Notes: generated from the sequence alone by a model not told the origin. A DNA stretch of 64,000 nt from Octopus sinensis (GCF_006345805.1 NC_042997.1:141732001-141796000); one strand, 5' to 3'. Shown: positions 25,277-41,455, numbered from the stretch's first letter. A program made the numbers and translations.

Positions 25277-25506
25277 GTACTGGCATATGGCGTAGTGGTT
25301 AAGAGCGCGGGCTACTAACCCAAAGATTCCGAGTTCGATTCCAGGCAGTGACCTGAATAATAATAATAACATCGAAAAATACCTTAGGAATGGGAACCCA
25401 GGTACGAAATTTCCCCCAAGACACCTGATGAAAGCAGGAGAGTATATCAGCCGAAACGTCGTGTTAACAACAAAGATAAAGACAAATATCTGTCAAATGT
25501 AAATAA
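25277..25506 (+). mobile_element. full-length tRNA-derived SINE carrying a hammerhead (family C)
   Basis: A box tggcgtagtgg (25288-25298), B box gagttcgattcc, acceptor-like gtactg...cagtgac, (AAT)n linker, HHR at 25420-25465, tail tgtaaataa. Confidence 0.88.
25420..25465 (+). ncRNA. type I hammerhead ribozyme, canonical CUGAUGA core, GUC site, stem II partly mutated
   Basis: gacac-CTGATGA-aagcaggagagtatatcagcc-GAAA-cg-TC-gtgtt; homologous to 12499-12544. Confidence 0.75.
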
Positions 25507-25895
25507 CGGACTTTATCTTTTGTTTTCATTTTTTTAACACGATGGGTGAGATTTGAGGGAGATTTAACTGCTACTTTATCAAGCGAGTACATAAACATTC
25601 CTTCCCCTCTAGTGTCACTCTACTGTGGACTATGGTGCGGTGTTATTATGCAGTATCGAGACACATTAATAATAGGGTCGTATTCAGGGTCGTAATGTTA
25701 GATAACCAGTCAAATGTCTAGAATTTATTTTACGTCCTGGACTCCAATTCTATTTAGACTGAATTTACTTTTTATCCACTTCGAAATCTCGTTAAATTAA
25801 TACAAGAATATTTATATAATATATTCATTTTATATTATATTATATATTTACATTTAGAATGATAAACAGCAGAAATGCGTAAATTTTACAAATGA

Positions 25896-26103
25896 TTCAT
25901 ATTTAATTGTTTTTGACAGCTGTTTCAGTGAAATAAAAACATCTCCATTTATGTAATTACGTAATTAATATGCATTATTAATTTAAAATGTGACAGGCTA
26001 CCAATATTTCTCTCCTGATGAGAAAGGTAACAAGTTGCATTATGTAATATTATAAATGACGTTTTTATTCCATTGAAACAGCTATCGAAAACAAATTATG
26101 AAT
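25896..26103. repeat. imperfect inverted repeat of about 55 bp with GAAA-CAGCTG-TC at the outward ends
   Basis: Arms about 25896-25952 and 26052-26103. Confidence 0.6.
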
Positions 26104-26589
26104 ATGTAATATATATGCATTTCTGTTGTTTACTATTGTAAATATGTTACTCTCAGTTAACGGTTTAGCCGGTTCTGTATATACATGCCAGTTTATTCCA
26201 TCGATATTTATTGCATTGTAATGATGTATTAGAGTTTGATAAGCGAACTCTTAAATATTGTGGATATGTTGTTATGATATTTACACATCAACTCCGTATA
26301 TAGACATATAGCATTTATATAAATGTATGTACTGTACAGTTTTATATATATCTTGTCTCCCTTGTCAGTCGTTATAAAAGTGCTCTCACGTGGCTAAGAG
26401 ATGTTTTGACTCTTATTTCTAGCAATGCTTATGGTGACTAGCACCCCCCGTCACTTTGATGACGACTATACTTGTTACTTTTCGGTTGTAAATTGCAAAT
26501 AGCCACCTTAATAATTTATATATATATATAATTTTTAAATATTTATATTGATTCAGAGTCAAAGCTGCGATCATGCTGGAGCACCACCG

Positions 26590-27430
26590 TTGACTGTGTA
26601 ACACCATTATTTGAAACCTCCTCTGATATGTGGCATTTGGTGAATGAGAGAGTTTGATGCCGCTGCCCTCATCTGTGTTTCCTGCCGTGGGGTAGGCTTA
26701 TTTGGAACCCACCTTCGTTCTAGGAAGAAGAGTTTTAATTCTTTCAGTTTTTCCCAGTAGTTGATATGTTGCATTGAGACGATTTTCTTTGTGTAGCTTC
26801 GTCGGATTGCTTCGAGTTCCGACGTTAATTTTATATTGTGTGGTGACCATATTTGGGAGCAGCAATCCAAGCGGCTGAGAACGTATGCTCTCCAAAGGAC
26901 CATTATTGTCTCCTTTTGTTTTGAAAGTATAGAGAATCCATCAAGCTAACCGCCTGCATCTTATTACCAATATGTACTTGGAAAGATGCATCATCGCTCA
27001 TGTCAATACCCAGATCACGCACTGATTTTGATCCAGCGATTGCAATTCCTCCTGGGTCATAGTATCTTGTCTCATGTCGTTAAGCTTTGTGCGCTGGTAG
27101 CGCAGGTCTTGGAATTTTCTTGCCTTAAACTGCATGTTTTTTTCCTCAGCCCACATGTATACTGCGTCCAGCTCCCGTTGCAGATGTGCAATATTTCCAG
27201 GATTTTGTATTCTCTAAGAGACCTTTGTGTCATCTGCATAGCTATCAAAGGTGGCTTTCTGAGGAGCTGAGGGCATGTCTGAGAGAGCAACTATGAATAA
27301 CAATGGCCCTAAGACAGTGCCCTGCGGAACACCACTTGCTATTTGCGTTTCCTTTGAGGTGGCTCCATTGGCCACCACTGTCTGACGTCTATTTTTTGGG
27401 AAGTTGTGCAGCCACTCTCCAGGTTTTCCG
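26590..27430 (-). mobile_element. CR1/L2/Jockey-group LINE RT fragment, decayed
   Basis: SGVPQGTVLGPLLF...SYADDTKV and YVLSRLDCCSQIWSPH...LEAIRR...YWEKLKELKLFFLERR. Confidence 0.85.
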
Positions 27431-27821
27431 ACGAGGCCATTCTTTGAGTGTCCTTTATGGACCGGAAACCTAAGGTAATCCCATAAACCGCTTCCCATTT
27501 TTAATATATATATATATATAGATAAATATATTTCGGTGCAAATGGATTTTTTCATACGGCGCCGTGTTTTACAATCCTGTAAATAATAATAATGGCATTT
27601 TTATATAGGCTTAAAGCTTATAGCGATCACCGTGCAATGACTAAAGAAAATAGTCTAATAAAGGGGCATATAAGCCCTCGACAGAAAAAAGAAAGCTTTC
27701 CTATCCGCGTAGAACTCGAACCCACATCCCTTTTTTAACGCAACTAAGTATGTTACCTTTACACCAGCAAATTAGCTTCCCCATATATATATATGAAGAA
27801 ACAGTACTGTACTTTATTCTT

Positions 27822-28020
27822 TTATTTGTTTCAGTCATTTTGACTGTGGTTATGCTGGAGCACCGTCTTTAGTCGAACAAATCGACACCAGGACTTATTC
27901 TTTGTAAGCCTAGTATTTATTCTATCGAACCCTTTTGCCGAACCGCTATATTACGGGGACGTAAACACACCAATATCGGTTGTCAATCGATATTGGGGGT
28001 ACAAACACAGACACACAAAC
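27822..28020 (-). mobile_element. SINE family B 3' half
   Basis: Reverse complement of the family B body and tail. Confidence 0.8.
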
Positions 28021-28075
28021 ACACACACACACACACATATTCATATATATATATATATATATATATTGCCATTTG

Positions 28076-28860
28076 ATTCTTGCCACCCGAGACACACCAG
28101 GATGAACATCCCATTTTGTTTAGCCAAAAGAATATCACAAAAATATCAGACGCAAATAGCCGTTATACACGACTCCAGGAATTGAAACCACGATCCAGCG
28201 AATACTTAAATTAAATACACAAGAACTTTGACAACCAAGACCAAGGAAGGAAGAAAAATTGAAAACCCTGCTTTACATTTCCACACACAACCCACGTAAT
28301 AATGAGGCCTTCAACACTATACTCCACAGCACAGCTCTACTCAAGAAAGACTCAAAGATGAATCAAATCCTCGAAACACACACAATCATCAAAAGTAAGA
28401 GACAACCAAAATCAACGAAAAAGATTTTAACCCAGGCCAAATTACACTCAACAATAACCACAAAGCCGACAGTAAAAAAGAGCTGGAGACCCAACTGTGA
28501 GATCTGTATCAACATAATACCGATCAGAATACCGATTAGAACAAGGCCATAATTTCACCATAAAAATCAATTTTACATGTGCATCGGAGAACTTGATTTA
28601 CTTAATTACATGCTCGGGATGCAAGCGACAATATATTGGACACACAAAAAACAGCCTACGTCAGAGGATGGCGGTACACAAATATCAAATTAGGATTCCA
28701 AAATACAGGAAAATACCTCTCAGCCAGCTAATCGATGAATGTGCATCCAACAAATAACCTAATTTCACAACGCTTCCATTATACAAATTCAAAGACAATG
28801 GTAGGCAAAATGAACGCATTAGCAAGGAAATGCATTTCATAAGGAAGTACTGACCGAGTC
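28076..28860 (+). mobile_element. Penelope-like element 3, decayed RT C-terminus/GIY-YIG fragment
   Basis: HPRHTRMNIPFCLAKRI; LLYISTHNPRNNEAFN (nearly identical peptide in PLE1); NLIYLITCSGCKRQYIG in a shifted frame. Confidence 0.85.
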
Positions 28861-29104
28861 AAAATTCTTTAAACTCGCAACACTGATACTTTTATATATA
28901 TATGTATGTGAATGCATATGTATGTATGGGTATGTATGTGTGTATATATGTGTATGTATGTGTTTATGTATGTATATGTATATATATATATATGTATATG
29001 TATGTATATATATATATTATATATATATATATATACATATATACATATATGCGTGTGTATGTATAAGTGTATCTGCATATATATGTGTATGTGTATATAT
29101 GTAC

Positions 29105-29170
<66 letters not shown>

Positions 29171-29579
29171 TATATAATATATATATTATATATATATATT
29201 ATATATATATATATATTATATATATATATATATATGTAATATGTGACAATTAGTCGGTAGCCATGATAAAAACTCCGAGTTTCTGAAGCCGAGGTGGAAA
29301 TCCACGCCGCCATCTCTTCAGTTATCTGGCCAGCAGAAAAAAAGAAAAGTAAACTATGAATGTTAACTTTAATTTTAATTATATTTTATCAATAGCTCTT
29401 TTTTCTCTCTACATATTCCATTTTAGTGCATATATTCGATAAGGTTATTCAAAAACCGTAACATGTAAAACAAAACCAAAACATTCTTCTTTTAATGTAC
29501 TCACTTAAGGGAAAATTAAAATGTACCCAATTTTAAGAAAGTACCATTTTCGTTCTTCTTTTGCAGATTATATATATAT

Positions 29580-29650
<71 letters not shown>

Positions 29651-29659
29651 GTATGTATG

Positions 29660-29707
<48 letters not shown>

Positions 29708-29719
29708 CAACAATATAAA

Positions 29720-33200
<3,481 letters not shown>

Positions 33201-33221
33201 TTCATTCTCAGTGTGCTTATA

Positions 33222-33255
<34 letters not shown>

Positions 33256-33344
33256 AATACATTTGTGTGTGTGTGTGTGTGTGTGTGAGTGTGTATGTGT
33301 GTGTGCGTACATGTGTGTGTGTGTGATATTTATATATGTATATA

Positions 33345-34756
33345 CAGTTGCGGCCAAAATGATCAGAACGGTTGAAAAAATATCAAAAAATCAAAAATAA
33401 CAGAGAATTCTGGAATTATTTAATATTTAGTGTGAAGCCCTTTAGCTTCAATCACACTTTGACATCTTCGACTGCATGAGGAAATTAAATTTTCAATTTC
33501 TTGCTAGGTGATCTTATTCCATTCTTGCTGAAGGGCATTCCATAATTGCTCGGTTGTTTTAGGATTTCTGGCTTTCAAACGTTCTAGAATATTCCACACA
33601 TTTTCAATAGGATTGAGATCTGGGCTTTGAGCAGGCCAATCCATAATAATAACCTTTTCAGCCTTGAGGAAGTTCATGACCACCTTAGCCTTGTGACATG
33701 GGGCATTGTCCTGCATGAATATGGGTGGTCGCTTAGTTGAATTTCTCAGCACAGGTAAGACATGATCTTTTACAAGTTGTTTATAAACTCCTGCATTTAC
33801 CTTTCCATGTAATCGTACCATCTCCAGATATCATCCCCCAAACCATGACACTTCCTCTACTGAATTTAACACTAGTCTTAAGGCATTTAGGCGACAATTT
33901 TTCACCTACTTTTTAACGAACGTACCTTTTCCCATCTGAGCCAAATAACATAAACTTAGATTCATCACTGAAATGCACCGTTTGCCATTTTTCTTGAGAC
34001 CACAACACATGTTCGGTTGCAAAGGTAAGACGACACTTTTTATTTTTGGAGCTGATCAGTGGCTTCACTGCTGGTGATCTTGCTTGTAGGTTATGATCAA
34101 CTAAACGATGAGACAAGTTTTTCGAGATAACGTTTTCTTCAGTACAATGCTCATTTCCCGAGAAACAGCAGCAGCAGTTTTAAATCTGTCCTTTTTAACC
34201 AACTTTACTATAGCACGATCTTCTCTCTTGGTCGTTTTTCTTGGCCTATCTGTAGACTTTCTTGCTTCACACGAACCACAATCATCGAAGACCTAAAGAA
34301 TACCGTGAACAACACTTTTTGACTTGTTAACAATCTTTGCAATAGACCCAATACTTAAATTATCCTTCTTTCGAAGCTTAATAATCTGCTGACGAATTGA
34401 TAACAGAGTAAGTGGTATTATATTAACAAAGTACACTGCAGATATTCTTACTAATGTTTAGTAAACTGTCACGTAAACAAATTCAAAATATTAGAGTTCG
34501 CCGGTTAAATATACTAAAACATGGAGTAAAAGCAACCGTACTGATCATTTTGGCCGCCATGGGTTTTGCAGTAAATCACTAAATCATCCATAACTTTTGT
34601 ATTATTCTCTCAAATTACACCAAAATCTCAGACAATAACAATTAATATCGTATTTATTGTCTGTAAAAATTATAGAATATAAAACAACTTTGATAAAAAC
34701 TTATACCTACATTTCTGGCGAAAACAATGCCGTTCTGAACATTTTGGCCGCAACTC
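33345..34756 (-). mobile_element. Tc1 (DD34E) DNA transposon, decayed, TA-flanked
   Basis: TIR cagttgcggccaaaatgatcagaacgg at 33345 and its reverse complement ending 34756, TA on both sides; HFSDESKF, FMQDNAPCHKA...DWPAQSPDLNPIEN (34 spacing); HTH-region reading SIRQQIIKL...DRPRKT with stops. Confidence 0.92.
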
Positions 34757-35479
34757 TATATATGAATGTATATAGATAGATAAATATATATGATATATTA
34801 ATATATTTATATATACAAACATATATATACATATATATGTACACATACACATACTAATATATATACACATATATATGTCTGTATGTATATATATATACTT
34901 ATATATATATATGTGTGTGTATGTGTATATACACATGTGTGTGTTTATGTGAGTGCGTAAATAGTATATATATATATGCATATGCTTTAGACTTAACCTG
35001 AAATTATGTATATTCATATACACTCCAACATCATTCTTATTTACAGATATTCCTAATTTGTAGCTTACATTTATACATATCCCAAATGTTTACATATTTA
35101 CTTACACATATACTGAATTTATGTACATCTATAAATATTCCAAAGAAATATGTATTTATCCATATTTGCGAATATATCGTTATACATAATTTGACAGCAG
35201 TAATGGAAGGTGGTTTTTCTCTGTCTATAATAATGGTAAGAAATGTTATGTTCCTCAACGTCAAATATCTAATTTTCTCAAATGCATGTTGATGAAATTA
35301 AACTTGTTTATTTTATAACAGGATTTTTCTTTATCACTTCTGATAACTTTATCTATCCAACTTTTAACCTCACTCGCTCTCTTTCTCTTCAAATCTTTTT
35401 TTTCTTCTCTTTATCTCTCTATGCTTTTCTTTCGCTCTCACACTTTCTCTCTGCTACTTATTATTATTAAGTCTGCTGA

Positions 35480-36357
35480 ATTCCAAATTTAGTTTCTATT
35501 CTACACTAACGCCTACGAACTTCAGTCCAATTCAATTTTAGAACCAGAGCTATGTGAATAAATCCTGTGTCACCCCACTAATATATCAAAATCAGTAACT
35601 AAGGCTATTTCGAGAAGAATTACGAAATTATCAGCTAATATAGACATTTTTAATACTCCTAGCACTATAACTTCGCCTTGTCTAATGCAGGATATAACTA
35701 ATTCCTTAATCCAGAAAGTATAACAACTACTGATTATATAAATAATGAGAATTTAAGTGAGAGAGAGAATAAAAGCCCACTTATTCGGGAAAACAGACCT
35801 ACTGCGAAAGCTTCCAACAAACCTATTAATTTTTAAAATAAGGTAAGTAACAATAGGAAACTAGATTCTAAGATCAGTAAGATTAATAGTTTATATAATA
35901 ATTGTAGTGAGACGATTAAGTGGATTATGCCATCCTCTAATGATAAGACGAATACCAATAGTATAGCCAACCTAATAATCAAGTCGTGAGTTTGGAAGGC
36001 GGAAGAAGAGTAGATAGATTCCGCCCTCATATACATAAGAAGAGTAGTATAGTCTGGTATAACATACCCTTCAACTGTGCTATATTCACCAGCATATATA
36101 AACAAATTTTCGATAAAAGCTTCCCTGCATCCCATAGATATAATAGAATATTTTCCTGTATCTCAATCAGAATTTCGTATTCTATCCTTCCCCATATAGG
36201 TACCCTCATAGCCAGGTTTAATAGAAATAATATGAAATTAGCAAGAGGAATTATTAATAATAACAAGAGCACTCAGAGATCGCAAACCTCCGCCAAGGCA
36301 ATACCAACGTCCTCTGAACGATTTGCTAGAGATAATTTTTTAAATGAGAATATCTGA
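35480..36357 (+). mobile_element. Penelope-like element 4, 5' portion (RT C-terminal region), decayed
   Basis: HPTNISKSVTKAISRRITKLSANIDIF...ALSNAGY and IVWYNIPF...SFPASHRYNRIFS...IRISYS match the PLE motifs HP..I.K.I..RLS and WYNPPF...HK..KIFN...KISYS. Confidence 0.7.
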
Positions 36358-36399
36358 ATTAAACTCGACTGCTCTCACAGACGAAAATACTAAAAATGA

Positions 36400-36645
36400 A
36401 CCCGACCGTTCTCAAAAATTAGATGAAAAAAAACAGGAAAAATAATCCTTGTCCGGTATCGGATCCACCCCCAAAATCTAATCAGTTCGTACCAGTCATC
36501 GATCCCAAAATCTAATCAGTTTGTGCTAAACATCCCTGAAAGTTTCATCCGAATCCATCCAGCGGTTCTTGAGATATCTTGTCCACGGACAAACAAACAC
36601 GACTGAAAACAATACCTCCGCCTTCGCTAAGGTGGAGGTAATAAT
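36400..36645 (-). mobile_element. non-autonomous Helentron/Helitron-like (HINE-type) element
   Basis: Terminal hairpin acctccgcc ttcgctaa ggtggaggt plus aaagtttcatccgaatccatccagcggttcttgagatatcttgtccacggacaaacaaac, typical of such elements (pattern recognition). Confidence 0.55.
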
Positions 36646-36879
36646 ATTAGTATTGTCAATACTGGTTGGTTTAAATGACGATAATAATAATAATGGGGAT
36701 GTAGGAATCAGGTACAGCAGAACTAATACATCTAATATGCATAATATAAACTGTGACTCCAATGTTTATACTAACCCATGTATTACTGACGCAGTACCTG
36801 ATGATGCTGAGACGAATTCAAATGATACTATAGTTGAAGGAAGTATAAATAATAACAGTAATAATAATACCGATAATAA

Positions 36880-36882
36880 TTA

Positions 36883-36956
<74 letters not shown>

Positions 36957-36989
36957 GTAATAAATAATAATAATAATAATAATAATAAC

Positions 36990-37059
<70 letters not shown>
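36880..37059. repeat. (TAG)n(AAT)n tract, 5' flank of the R4/Dong LINE
   Basis: Direct reading. Confidence 0.95.
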
Positions 37060-37060
<1 letters not shown>

Positions 37061-40000
37061 AGAGCTCCGAAATCTATCCACAAACATCGAAAACAAGGAC
37101 ACCCTATGGAGCCAAAGATTTACTAACAAAGAACTGGACTATATCCGAGTAAGTAATACGAATTGAAATTTATTACTATTTTCGAAACGAAATGATGTAT
37201 TTTGACTCGATATTATCTCCACCTCCAACACAACACATGTAAACATGCGTAGAACAACACGATCATCCCCGACCTCAAACACCATGTACAAAGGAACTAC
37301 GAAGAAATTAAATGCCACCGATACTATTCAACCCAAGAATAACAATCGAGCGGTACGTACATTAAACCTACAACAAAAAATGTACGAAAAACTACACGTG
37401 CGAAATAATGTGACAATAGAAATAAACGGACCGGTATCCTACGAAAATGACGACCGTCAAAATAATGGGCCGGACGTTGTACCTCATGTCCCGCAATTAA
37501 AACCCAAAAGACGTAAATGGACACGTGAGGAATACATTTCTATCTTACACGCATACTTCACAGCAATGCTCTACCCACAAAATGAAAATACAACGACACA
37601 TACATATAAAATATGGAAGGAAAATAATAGAGATATAGACTTGGATACAGCAATGAACCCTAATAAATTAGCTAACGTACGAAGATACATTCTCAAAGCC
37701 AAAAAAATATCAGAAATAGAAATAGAACATTTAAAAGAAAAAATACACCAAGAAAATGTAGATAGAAGCCACACAACAATGCCCAATAATATAAACACTG
37801 AAACTGTAAAACACGAAGACAAACGCAACATTCCCAACAAACACGATGTAAACAACGAAGGGGAGCCTAATGATTATGATAATATAAAAAGTAAAATAAT
37901 CAAAGAACTAAAAACCACAGAGCTCAAAATGGACCACCGACCATACCTCCCAAGAATAAAAATAAACGCAATAACAACACCAATTATAAACAACATAAAC
38001 CTAGCCGTCACTGAACTAGCCACTGAAACAAAAAAAAAGTGATATCACTGAACTAAATGACTTTATATACGCAGCAGCCACTGCAGCCACAAAAGAAGCT
38101 GGATACTCACCCAAACCCGCCCAAACAGGAGTACCACCACCCAAACAACCCTGTGGATAAATAACATCCAAAACAAAATAAAAAAAATTAGAAAAGACCT
38201 GTCGATTCTTAATGAAATCAGCAAACAAGCAACGCTACTGAGCAACAAAAAGAGAACAAAAATGCTCCGCAAATATAACATCACAGAAAAAGATTTGCCG
38301 GAGATAAAAGAAAAGCTGAAGCAAGATATCCTTGCCAAAGCTCAAAGGATCCGCCGGTACGAGAAACGCCAACGCTTCTTTGAACAGAACAAAAAGTTCA
38401 ACTCCGACCCCAAAAGTTCTACCAAGAACTGGGCAAAAATAAAATAGAAGTCACTGCAGCACCAACGGCAGAAGAATTGGAAGAATTCTGGAAGAAATAT
38501 GGTCGGACGAACGAACAGCCAAAAAAAAGGAGTATGAAAATAACAAACTCGGCATCTGAACAACTTTGGACCCCCATAACAACTGAAGAGGTCACCCAGG
38601 CACTGAAAAAACTAAGCAACTGGAAGGCACCTGGGCATGACAAGATCCCCAACTTCTGGTTGAAATATCTAACAGGAATGCACAAAAAGCTGGCTGAAAA
38701 CTTTAACAGCATACTAGCAGAGCCAGAGACAATGCCTGAATGGCTCACGAAGGGGAAAACCATCTTAATTCCCAAATCAAATGAAACAACAAAACCAGAA
38801 AACTACAGACCAATAACCTGCCTCCCTACTATGTTCAAGGCATTTACTGCAGTGATATCACAAAGGCTGAACAAGCACCTGGACGAAAACAAACTGTTCC
38901 CAGAAGAGCAGAAAGGATGCCGCAAGGGCTCATATGGCTGTAAAGATCAACTAATGATTAATAAAGCCGTAACTGAAGACAGCCACAGAAAGAAGAAAGG
39001 CCTCAGTATGGCCTGGATTGACTACAAAAAGGCGTTTGATAGCATCCCCCACACATGGATCCTCGAAACACTAGCCATTAACAAAGTAGCACCAACAATC
39101 ATAAAATTCATAGAGCACTCTATGAATAAATGGCAAACAGTCCTACACCTCCAAACAAAGAGGGACTCATGAAAACCAAAGACATCCCCATTAGAAGAGG
39201 AATATTCCAGGGAGACACGCTCTCTCCACTCCTTTTCTGCTTGGCACTGTCACCTCTATCTGATATGCTAAATAGAACTGGATGCGGATATAAATGTTAC
39301 GGCAAAACGATCAGCCACCTTTTATATATGGATGACCTAAAACTATACGCTGCAAATGACAAACAGCTGGAAACACTATTAAAGACAGTTCATGGATTTA
39401 CCAAAGAAATAGATATGAAATTTGGATTAGAAAAATGCGCCAAAGTAACCATGAAAAGAGGAAAACTAGTTAAGAGTAACAACATCACACTAGATAAAAC
39501 CAATGAAATAAAAGAATTAGACCAAAGCCAAACTTACAAATAGTTAGGAATCCATGAACTAGATAAGACACAACACACACAAATGAAAGAGAAAATAAAA
39601 AAAGAATATTATAGACGAGTTAGATCAATACTAAAAACAGAGCTCAATGCTAAAAATAAGATAATAGGTATCAACACTTTAGCTGTCCCAGTTATAAGTT
39701 ACAGCTACAATATCCTTAACTGGACACGAAATGAACTGTCCAAAATAGATAGGAAAACAAGAAAAATACTGACAGGATCTAGGATGCATCACCCAAAATC
39801 TGACATAGAAAGACTATATATACAACGTATAGAAGGTGGTAGAGGCCTTATACAGCTGGAAAACTACTATAAAATAACCACCATAGGACTGCAAAAATAC
39901 CTACTTCAGAAGGAAGGAAAACTGATCCAGATAGCAGCAAAACACGAGCAAAACAAAAAACTGTTCTCAGTATTTAACGAAGCTGACAAATACAAACAAG

Positions 40001-40983
40001 AAATCATACCACCTAATAAACACAAAGAAGAAGAAGAAGATGATGAAGAAACAACAAAAGCTATAAAACAAATGAAATCCAAACTAAAAATAGAACAGCA
40101 ACGAGCCATGATAAAACGATGGCAAGAAAAACCCCTTCATGGTAAATACTGCACTAAACTAAACGCAAAAGAAATAGACAAAGAAAAATCCCAGAAATGG
40201 TTGAGAAGCTCAGGACTCAAAGCAGAAACAGAGGGATTTTTAATTGCAGCACAAGACCAAAGCCTCCCCACCAGAAATTACCAAAAACATGTAATGAAAA
40301 GAAATATTACAAGTAACTGCAGAATATGTGGAGATGGACAAGAAACAATAAATCATATTATCTCTAGCTGCCCAGTCCTGGCTAAGAAGGAATATATTCA
40401 CAGACATGACAGAGTTGGAACCTACATACATTGGAAGCTATGCCAACATTATGGAATAACAACAGAAAAAAGATGGTATAGGCACACACCAGAAAAGGTC
40501 ACAGAAAACGAGAAAGCAACCATACTCTGGGATATGCCGATACACACAGATAGAGAAATTAAGGCCAACAGACCAGATATAGTTGTCAGAGATCATGAAG
40601 AAAAAAAATGCTTTCTAATTGATGTATCAATACCGGCAGATGACAACGTGTCTCTAAAAGAAATGGAGAAACTCTCAAAATACAAAGACCTGGAAATAGA
40701 GGTAACTAGAATGTGGAACCTGAAAACAGAAACAATTCCTATCATAGTAGGTGCATTAGGCATGATAAAAAAATATTCAGACAAATACATAAAAAAAAAC
40801 CAGGACTTACAAACACATATAACATACAGAAAATTGCACTACTAGGCACTGCACACATCCTACGCAGAACACTTTCCATACAATAACCATCAGAGCATCA
40901 CAACAAATCACAGCACATACCCAAGGCACACAGAGCTGCGCTCGGTAGTGAAGTGAAAGCACGCTATAAAAATAAAACTACTG
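37060..40983 (+). mobile_element. R4/Dong-clade non-LTR retrotransposon (RT plus restriction-like endonuclease), near full length, in (AAT)n
   Basis: RKWTREE N-terminal motif; WKAPGHD; NYRPITCL; EEQKGCR; WIDYKKAFDS; GIFQGDTLSP; LYMDDLK; CCHC knuckle CRICG..ETINHIISSC; RPDIVV..LIDVS; (AAT)n on both sides. The 5' boundary could lie anywhere from 37060 to 37245. Confidence 0.92.
37245..40886 (+). pseudogene. R4/Dong single ORF broken by at least 5 frameshifts and one TAG (39541-39543)
   Basis: Track ORFs 37245-38042, 38262-38447, 38477-39172, 39130-39543 and 39583-40845 concatenate. The corrected C-terminus QKIALLGTAHILRRTLSIQ stops at 40884-40886. Confidence 0.88.
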
Positions 40984-40984
40984 A

Positions 40985-41038
<54 letters not shown>

Positions 41039-41074
41039 TAATAATAATAATAGGAATATCAATAATATTAATAG

Positions 41075-41455
41075 TAATAATGCTCCGTGTTGCAATTGTA
41101 AAGTTAAATCTCATTGCCTGTTAATAAGTCGATGTTTAATCCAAAATGTAGTTTGTAGATGTACAATTGTAACTGAAGCTGGTAATTTTATATATATATA
41201 CCGGATGTTCGATAAATATGAAAAACGTATTAATAACCATTTTTCATCGTTTAGACTTAGACATAAAGCTACTAGTACGACTTTATCTAGTAAGGTCTGG
41301 GAACTTAAAGAAAACGGAACCGGATTTAGCCTTAAATGGGATGTAATACGGAAGGAGCAGCCTTATAGAAATAGCCGATATGGATATGAGCTTTGCTCTA
41401 TGGAAATTTATGAAATGTTTAAATACAGAGACAAGAACAACCTCATTAATAATAG
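41075..41455 (+). mobile_element. Penelope-like element 4, 3' portion (GIY-YIG domain), decayed
   Basis: CNCKVKSHCLLISRCLIQNVV...RINNHFSSF...STTLSSKVWELK...WDVI...Y..LC..E...LIN matches the PLE endonuclease pattern. Confidence 0.75.

Noticed and set aside
25277-25352. Functional tRNA gene
   Set aside because: Imperfect acceptor and anticodon stems, and it continues into a repeated SINE body. The tRNA-like relic at about 27690-27785 (-) is also too decayed.
36797-36822. Hammerhead in the duplicated 151-mer (cctgatgatgctgagacgaattc)
   Set aside because: No GAAA, stem II or stem III.
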